Assembly: GCF_000010625.1 (NCBI RefSeq)
Contig: NC_010296.1
Coordinates: 1,560,001-1,592,000, forward strand
Length of the DNA: 32,000 nt
Direction: 5' to 3'
Source of the DNA: Microcystis aeruginosa NIES-843
GTDB taxonomy: Bacteria > Cyanobacteriota > Cyanobacteriia > Cyanobacteriales > Microcystaceae
Position numbers and translations under genes: made by a program. Shown here piece by piece: positions 26,227 to 32,000 of this stretch (the first letter of the stretch is position 1; every line of letters starts with the position of its first letter). Below the pieces are notes generated by a model. That model was not told where the DNA came from and did no database searches. It saw nothing but the letters and a program-made list of their open reading frames with translations.

Positions 26227-27231
26227 ATGTTTATTTTTGACAGTAAAACCGATATTTTAATTAATTCTCAGGAATTAACCTTTAAAAGTGAATATTTTTG
26301 TGACTTTTCTCGCTATTTTCAGAATCGAGAATTTGTCAACGGAGATGCTTTACAACTCAGTGGTGATCATTTTGAAGGGTATCTTTCAAGGATCATCATC
26401 GATGAAGTGATGTTAGAATTATCGCAACGTAATTGTTTAATAAATGTTGTGGGAGTAGTCCATTCTAAAATGTGGGTTTTTGCGATTCCTATTCAGGTGA
26501 ATTCTGTCTTCTTCCAAAATTTGTATTCATTAGAAAATAACTATCTTGGGATTGTCCCCCCTAAATCAGAAATTTCCATTTTTCAACATCCCTTTTCCAA
26601 TCGTTTTCAGCTTTACGTTCATGATAATTATCTGCAACAATTGTGCCAAACTTTAGAGTTACCAGAAGCGAAAAAGTTTTTAAATTCTTCCGCTGCTTCT
26701 ATTGTGATTTGCCCATCGGAAAAAATTCGTCATCTCCAACAATCTTGTCATCAACTTTATCGAATGCTATTTAATTTAGATCGTCAACAAATATCTTGGC
26801 AAAGAAAAGCATTAAGATTAAATTTTTTCAAGCAAAAATTAAAAGAAGAAATTGTCAAAGATTTTCTTTTGACTTTAGCAGTAACCAAAGATATTAAAAC
26901 TCCTAAAAACACTATCAGACGCACCTCTATTCTCAAAAAAGCAGAAGAAATGATGAGAAAAAATCTGCGTTCTGATCTGACTATTCCAGCGATTTGTCAA
27001 GAATTAAAAGTAAGTCAACGCACCTTAGAATATATATTTAAAGACTTCTATCAAATGTCTCCTTACAATTATTTTAAATTGCTTCGTCTTAATGCTTTAC
27101 ATCAATCTCTTAACCAAAATAATCAGACAAAATTAGTTTATGAAATTGCTGAAGAATTAGGTTTTTTTCACCGAGGATATCTGGCCTCTGATTATAAAAA
27201 ACTGTTTGGTTACTTCCCCTCTGAAACCTAA
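26227..27231 (+). CDS. AraC-family transcriptional regulator
   Basis: 334 aa. The C-terminal double HTH (IPAICQELKVSQRTLEYIFKDFYQMSPYNYFKLLRLNALHQSL...IAEELGFFHRGYLASDYKKLFGYFPSE) is typical AraC/XylS. The N-terminal domain is unassigned. AT-rich. Confidence 0.85.
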   Translation: MFIFDSKTDILINSQELTFKSEYFCDFSRYFQNREFVNGDALQLSGDHFEGYLSRIIIDEVMLELSQRNCLINVVGVVHSKMWVFAIPIQVNSVFFQNLYSLENNYLGIVPPKSEISIFQHPFSNRFQLYVHDNYLQQLCQTLELPEAKKFLNSSAASIVICPSEKIRHLQQSCHQLYRMLFNLDRQQISWQRKALRLNFFKQKLKEEIVKDFLLTLAVTKDIKTPKNTIRRTSILKKAEEMMRKNLRSDLTIPAICQELKVSQRTLEYIFKDFYQMSPYNYFKLLRLNALHQSLNQNNQTKLVYEIAEELGFFHRGYLASDYKKLFGYFPSET

Positions 27232-27427
27232 AAAAATAGTAGGGGTAGGAATTAGGATTATTGTTAGATTTATCTGACTTATTTTTTCTTTGAGGACTAA
27301 ATTCCTAACTCCTCTTTCAATTCATCGGCTCTCCCGTACTTGTTTGGTAGGGGCGTATATTGTACGCCCTTTCTTCGATCTCATAACCTCAAGAGAGCCA
27401 TTAATAATTAGCCCCATCGAGATTAAT

Positions 27428-28081
27428 TTACTTAATTCCCACTAAAAAAGTTGTACCGATCGCCATAATTGCCAATCCGATGAACTTACTAATTAGAGTC
27501 GCTTGCTTGGCTAATTTTTCCTTAATGACACTGCCAAGGAAAAAAGCACCAGAGGAGATCGCTAATTGGATGACGGTAAAACCGATTAAATAGGCAACTA
27601 AAGCGGCAACTCGCGCCCCGATAATTGATTCTCCGTAGGCATAACCGTGGAAAATTCCCGCAATCATTGCCAGAGTTGCCAGAGCGATCGTATAGAGATT
27701 AGAATGAGTTTGTAACCCTTTTTTCAGGGTTAAAACCACGCCAAAAATTACCACAGAAAGGGCAACAATCCCTTCAGGAAAAAGTAAATTTATTCCCTGT
27801 AAATGAATACCTGTCCCGATTAAAGTGGCAATCGCAAAAGCGAGCGGAATTAATAAACCCTGTTCCATCCCCACAGCAATTAAACCACTAGCCACCACAA
27901 AAGCTAAATGATCTAAACCGATAACTGGGTGAGCTAAACCCGATAAAAATCCGTTCCAAAAATTATCGGGAGTTTGCCCTGCCATGGCATGATGGGCAAG
28001 GGTTTTGCTGGCAAAAATTAACAGGAAGAGAGGGACAATAGTTAATATCTTTGTCCAGCTTTGACGAAAAATTATCTTCAT
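27428..28081 (-). CDS. hupE: HupE/UreJ-family metal (Ni/Co) transporter
   Basis: Signal peptide then AHHAMAG, GFLSGLAHPVIGLDHLAFVVASG and a polytopic Gly-rich membrane body, which is the HupE/UreJ signature. Confidence 0.9.
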   Translation of the reverse strand: MKIIFRQSWTKILTIVPLFLLIFASKTLAHHAMAGQTPDNFWNGFLSGLAHPVIGLDHLAFVVASGLIAVGMEQGLLIPLAFAIATLIGTGIHLQGINLLFPEGIVALSVVIFGVVLTLKKGLQTHSNLYTIALATLAMIAGIFHGYAYGESIIGARVAALVAYLIGFTVIQLAISSGAFFLGSVIKEKLAKQATLISKFIGLAIMAIGTTFLVGIK

Positions 28082-28095
28082 TGATTACCTCAAAA

Positions 28096-29022
28096 TTATG
28101 ATTCGGAAACCCGCGCAACAATCGCCCGGTGTCGGGGACTGGTGGGGGTAATGATCGGTGCTTGAAACCCCGCTTCAACTAATGCCTGTTCGATATCGAG
28201 AGTAAAATATTGATCGAGATAGGGTTCGGTACTCTTGAGTAAGGTGAGGACATAAGGGGGCATTTTTCGATAAATTTCCGAGCGCGGATTCATATCCATC
28301 AGCGTCAAATAACCCCCCGATCGCAATAAACGACGCGCTTCGGCGAAAATTTCTCTAGTAGCCTGTTGGGGTAGTTCGTGGAACATTAAAAACGAAGATA
28401 CCAGATCGTAGGACTGACTGGGTAATTGAGTTTTTTCCGCAGCCGCGTGTTGCCATTGAATCGTCTTTTGTTTTTGTTGAGCTTGGTATTGGGCAACGGC
28501 TAAATAGTAGGGAGAGAGATCTAACCCAGTTACCCTGGCTTGAGGATAAGTATCTTGCAGCGCAAAGCTACTCATGCCGACACTACAGCCTAAATCGACA
28601 ATATCGTTAATTTCTGCCTTGATTTGCTCTTTTAATATCCGGTGATATTCCCGCCGCAATCGCGGATCGCCGTCCATCCCCGCCCCGGGCCAGATGGTAG
28701 AATGGACAGCATAGGCGGCAGATTCTACCTCAAAGGCTGGCAACCAGTCTAAATTGCCCTTTTCGTAAGCGTGGAAAGAACAAACGTAGTATTCGGGATA
28801 GACGAGATCGGGATTTTCTACCGCTTGCAGTTCCCAACTCCAATCCCGTTGTTGCCATTGTTTGACGGTTTCCCGCCAAGGTACGCCTAGTTTTTCGGCT
28901 CTTTTAATCATCATATTGCGCGCCTGATAGCGAGCGATGTCAAAAAGCGGTTTTATGCCGAGAATACGGTTAACTAGACCAGAAACAGGATTAAAGGAGG
29001 CTGGAACGGGTGTAACTGTCAT
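28096..29022 (-). CDS. Class I SAM-dependent methyltransferase
   Basis: Motif I IVDLGCSVGMSS, post-I GLDLSP, and motif II/III region YDLVSSFLMFHELP...LRSGGYLTLMD. Lies 14 nt upstream of hupE on the same strand. Confidence 0.88.
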   Translation of the reverse strand: MTVTPVPASFNPVSGLVNRILGIKPLFDIARYQARNMMIKRAEKLGVPWRETVKQWQQRDWSWELQAVENPDLVYPEYYVCSFHAYEKGNLDWLPAFEVESAAYAVHSTIWPGAGMDGDPRLRREYHRILKEQIKAEINDIVDLGCSVGMSSFALQDTYPQARVTGLDLSPYYLAVAQYQAQQKQKTIQWQHAAAEKTQLPSQSYDLVSSFLMFHELPQQATREIFAEARRLLRSGGYLTLMDMNPRSEIYRKMPPYVLTLLKSTEPYLDQYFTLDIEQALVEAGFQAPIITPTSPRHRAIVARVSES

Positions 29023-29065
29023 AGAAAAGCTTCGATCGTAAATTTTCCCTTTTTTATCTTATAAC

Positions 29066-29184
29066 AGTGATCAGTCATCAGTAATCAGTAATCAGTGAAA
29101 AGACAGCACTGTTACGGCCATTTAATACTGCTCAGTTAATACCACTCACTTAAAACTCACATCTGATTACTGTTTACTGACAAC
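29066..29184. repeat. Inverted pair of heptamer arrays (CAGTNAT x5 at 29066-29098; CTGNTTA x3 at 29164-29184)
   Basis: cagtgat cagtcat cagtaat cagtaat cagtgaa ... ctgatta ctgttta ctgacaa, in opposite orientation and separated by about 65 nt. Confidence 0.75.
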
Positions 29185-29224
29185 AGCAAAAAGCTCCCTA
29201 ACCACCATCTGGTCAATTTTTCTT

Positions 29225-30421
29225 ATGAGAACAATCGCTGAAATCAACGACAAAATTGCTAAAAAAACGGCTGTAGTCTGGACAGTAGAGGAATTAAAAA
29301 GCCGCGTGAGCGAGATGGGAATTAAGGAGGTTTTTTCCCAAGTAGATGTGGTTTGTACGGGAACCTTTGAACCGATGGAATCTTCGGGGGCAATTATTAA
29401 TTTAGGTCAGACGGATCCGCCGATAAAAATTCGTCAATGTTGGTTAGATGGGATTCCTGCTTATGCTGGTTTTGGGGCGGTGGATTTATATTTAGGAGCC
29501 AGTGCTATTAGTGATCTAGCGGCCAAAAATGAGAATTTAGAGGGAGAAAATCCCGAAAGGGGCGGCGGACATATTATTGAGGATTTAATCGCTGGAAAAT
29601 CGATTCAATTGCGCGCTGTCGGCCAGGCCACCGATTGTTATCCTCGCACTTCTTTTGAAACGATTATTTCTAAGGAGACTATCAATCAATTTTATCTTTT
29701 TAATCCTCGCAATCTCTACCAGAATTTTATCGTCGGAGTCAATGGGGGAGAGCGGACTTTATATACTTATTTGGGACCACTACAGCCGCGATTAGGTAAT
29801 GCAGTTTATTCTAACCCAGGGGCAATTTCTCCCCTGTTAAATGACCCCGATTTAGAGGCTATAGGCATCGGTACGCGCCTTTTTTTGGGAGGAGGAATCG
29901 GTTATATTGCCTGGGAAGGAACCCAACATTTTCCCCTGCAAAAACGCCTACAAAATCGAACTCCTATTGGACCGGCTTCCACCTTAGCCTTAATTGGTGA
30001 TGCTAAACAAATGAATGCTCGCTGGGTGCGGGGTTGTTATTTCAAAAATTATGGGGCTTCTTTAATGTTAGGGGTAGCAGTACCGATTCCAATTTTAAGC
30101 GAGGAAATCGTTCGACATTGTGCGGTAAAAGATGAGGAAATTGTCGCTCCAGTGGTGGATTTTTCTATTCCCCGGCGAGTCCGTCCTACCTTTGGTTTAA
30201 TCACCTACGCTAAACTAAAAAGCGGTCGGATTATGATCGAGGGAAAAAGTGTTAGGGTGGCTCCTTTGGCCAGTATTTCCTTGGCTCGGGAAGCCGCTTT
30301 AGAATTAAAAGCACTAATCGAATCGGGAGAATTTACCCTCACAGAACCCGTGGCAAAAATTAATCTAGAGCGGACTTTTATACCCCAGGATCGTTGGGGT
30401 GGAAAATTATCAATTGAGTGA
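29225..30421 (+). CDS. DUF39/COG1900-family homocysteine biosynthesis protein
   Basis: 398 aa. MRTIAEINDKIAKKTAVVWTVEEL..., DVVCTGTF, GGGHIIEDLIAGK, FNPRNLYQNF, GAISPLLNDPDLEAIGIGTRLFLGGGIGYI follow the conserved DUF39 pattern as I recall it. Confidence 0.8.
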   Translation: MRTIAEINDKIAKKTAVVWTVEELKSRVSEMGIKEVFSQVDVVCTGTFEPMESSGAIINLGQTDPPIKIRQCWLDGIPAYAGFGAVDLYLGASAISDLAAKNENLEGENPERGGGHIIEDLIAGKSIQLRAVGQATDCYPRTSFETIISKETINQFYLFNPRNLYQNFIVGVNGGERTLYTYLGPLQPRLGNAVYSNPGAISPLLNDPDLEAIGIGTRLFLGGGIGYIAWEGTQHFPLQKRLQNRTPIGPASTLALIGDAKQMNARWVRGCYFKNYGASLMLGVAVPIPILSEEIVRHCAVKDEEIVAPVVDFSIPRRVRPTFGLITYAKLKSGRIMIEGKSVRVAPLASISLAREAALELKALIESGEFTLTEPVAKINLERTFIPQDRWGGKLSIE

Positions 30422-30640
30422 GGAGTTAAAGGATTGCGTGCAGGTGGCACAACTACAATTAAGATGACGTAAAATCGGATTTTCTTCGCCGGTTGTCTTG
30501 CCGATAATCATGTCACCTAAGTTCTCGGTGTTGAAACTAGGATGAAAGGACTCTGGGGCAGCTTGTACGGAGTTAGTGGTAACTAATAGGGCTAATAAAC
30601 TAGCGGAAGCAGTGGCAAGAATAAAGACTTTTTGATTCAT
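30410..30640 (-). CDS. Small secreted hypothetical protein (76 aa) with a C-terminal Cys motif
   Basis: Translation from ATG 30640 gives MNQKVFILATASASLLALLVTTNSVQA|APE... (signal peptide). The C-terminus is HLNCSCATCTQSF. The 3' end overlaps the convergent DUF39 gene by 12 nt. Confidence 0.45.
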   Translation of the reverse strand: MNQKVFILATASASLLALLVTTNSVQAAPESFHPSFNTENLGDMIIGKTTGEENPILRHLNCSCATCTQSFNSSLN

Positions 30641-30946
30641 AAGTTTGCGGGAATTATTAGCAATGAATACCACTGATTATAGCACCCTCCTTGCCGATGA
30701 GGAGATATTCTAATCATAAGAGTCAGAGAGGGCTAACCGTCAAATTAGCCAGATTGCGAATTTCTACTTTTTGTTCTTGGGCGGCAATTTCTCCGGCTTT
30801 TTGTAACAACTTGAGGGCACTTTCCTTAATTCCGCTTTCCCTAAAAGGGCGGGTAATACTAAATCCTGTTTAAAAGGTATTATTAGGAGAATGGGAAGCG
30901 GGAAGCGGGGAGAAACAATCCAGATCTTGCGGATTTTTGCTTAACT

Positions 30947-31105
30947 CATCCCGATAGTTTCTGAATATCGGGAGCGGATTTTGTCGGTGAATCAGCACGA
31001 AATTGGGCGTAACCACCCGCTAAAAAAACGGTTTTACCCACGCCGCGTTGACCGATACCGAGTAAATTAAAAGGGGGGGGTTGTTGTGGGTGATAATATT
31101 TTCAT
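30947..31105 (-). pseudogene. 5' remnant of a P-loop NTPase gene (52 codons)
   Basis: MKILSPTTTPPFNLLGIGQRGVGKTVFLAGGYAQF... (Walker A GQRGVGKT), then a premature TGA. A separate 48-codon open fragment at 30723-30872 (...ALKLLQKAGEIAAQEQKVEIRNLANLTVSPL*) follows a GGGAAGC repeat insert. Confidence 0.35.
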
Positions 31106-31264
31106 GAGCAAATTACAGCGTTTCTCAGATACATGAGGTTGGTTCTTGCATCTGAAATACTTGATTATCGACGATTGGTCTGTGCTTCACCTTTACGAGA
31201 AAGGCTGTAATAGAGTAATCTAATTAGCTAATCGATCAATTTTTGGCAAGCACCTCCCAATTTA

Positions 31265-32000
31265 ATGACAAAAAAGACAGCTTATCATCTTAATACACCC
31301 ATAATTATACCCACGATCGCCTGTTTAGCCATTCTGTTAATTCTCGTGATAGCAGAAATTAGCGTGGCCCAGACGGCAACTAGCGACAATAGCGAGGCTT
31401 TATACCGAGAATTAAGGGTGAAAATCGATACTTTATGGGTAATTTTCACCGCTTGCCTTGTCTTTTTTATGAATGCCGGCTTTGCCATGCTAGAGTCTGG
31501 TTTTTGCCGCTCGAAAAATACCGTTAATATCTTAACCAAAAACTTAATTGTTTTTGCCTTGACAACGATCGCTTTTTGGTCTTTTGGTTTCGGCTTAATG
31601 TTTAGTCAAGGTAACGGTTTTGTCGGTCTTAGCGGTTTTTTTGTGCTAGGAGCCGATAATAGCCCCAATACTGGTCTCAACTATCTTGGCATCTTTCCCT
31701 CCCTTTCTTGGGCGGGCATACCTCTACAGGCTAAATTTTTCTTTCAATTAGTCTTTGCCGGCACTGCGGCCACGATTGTTTCGGGGGCAGTGGCCGAAAG
31801 AATCAAATTTCTGGCTTTTTTCCTGTTTAGTCTGCTATTAGTGGCTTTTATCTACCCGATCACCGGTCACTGGATTTGGGGAGGAGGTTGGTTAGCGCGG
31901 CTCAATTTTTGGGATTTTGCCGGTTCTACGGTAGTACACACGGTCGGTGGTTGGGCCTCTCTCGTCGGGGCAGTGTTATTGGGGCCGCGTCTGGGCAAAT
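31265..32000 (+). CDS. amt: Ammonium transporter (Amt family), 5' portion; runs off the right edge
   Basis: My own translation: ...[31 protein letters not shown]...[18 protein letters not shown]...HWIWGGGWL...[14 protein letters not shown]. These are hallmark Amt/MEP motifs. Absent from the ORF track because no stop lies within the window. Confidence 0.92.
   Translation, partial: MTKKTAYHLNTPIIIPTIACLAILLILVIAEISVAQTATSDNSEALYRELRVKIDTLWVIFTACLVFFMNAGFAMLESGFCRSKNTVNILTKNLIVFALTTIAFWSFGFGLMFSQGNGFVGLSGFFVLGADNSPNTGLNYLGIFPSLSWAGIPLQAKFFFQLVFAGTAATIVSGAVAERIKFLAFFLFSLLLVAFIYPITGHWIWGGGWLARLNFWDFAGSTVVHTVGGWASLVGAVLLGPRLGK

Noticed and set aside
30205-30450. 81-aa minus-strand ORF
   Set aside because: It is antisense to the 3' end of the DUF39 CDS.
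30691-30873. 60-aa plus-strand ORF
   Set aside because: It is antisense to the more protein-like minus-strand fragment of the decayed P-loop gene.
31106-31264. NtcA binding site (GTA-N8-TAC) upstream of amt
   Set aside because: There are only imperfect candidates (gtttctcagatac has the wrong spacing; tgtaatagagtaatc lacks TAC), so this is not good enough to call.
31285-31539. 84-aa minus-strand ORF
   Set aside because: It is antisense to the clearly recognisable Amt transporter CDS.

Overview
The window looks like cyanobacterial chromosome. GCGATCGC (HIP1) octamers are frequent, intergenic heptamer tandem repeats (STRR-like) are abundant, and the gene content fits a Microcystis-like chroococcalean genome; that taxon call is inference. 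All calls come from reading the six-frame translations and the DNA by eye; no database search was run.

Most of the window is housekeeping genes:
- sulfur and redox: sat, an SDR, HPPD, a HIT protein, a DUF39 homocysteine-biosynthesis protein
- maintenance: ComM/YifB, a pseudouridine synthase
- transport: an ABC-2 permease, HupE, a partial Amt
- signalling: a Ser/Thr kinase with WD40 repeats, a NarL-type response regulator
- two PEP-utilising enzymes and a methyltransferase

The accessory content stands out:
1. An AT-rich, translationally coupled two-gene cassette at 9154-11108 (minus strand) encodes an ABC/OLD-type ATPase plus a 188-aa protein with a PD-(D/E)xK-like nuclease motif. This is the best candidate for an undescribed defence-type system.
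2. A 785-nt ORF-less group II intron (17985-18769, minus strand) sits inside a heptamer repeat array.
3. An intact VapBC module lies next to a DUF433/DUF5615 module whose toxin gene has decayed.
4. A Tyr-rich ORF with 111-bp tandem repeats continues in frame through two stop codons and is divergent from an AraC regulator, in a second AT-rich islet.
5. A composite G-rich/C-rich repeat family has G-quadruplex potential.
6. A partial Tat-signal pseudo-orthocaspase has a Tyr/Ser dyad in place of His/Cys.
7. A PEP-utilising enzyme is fused to an N-terminal PlsY-like membrane domain.
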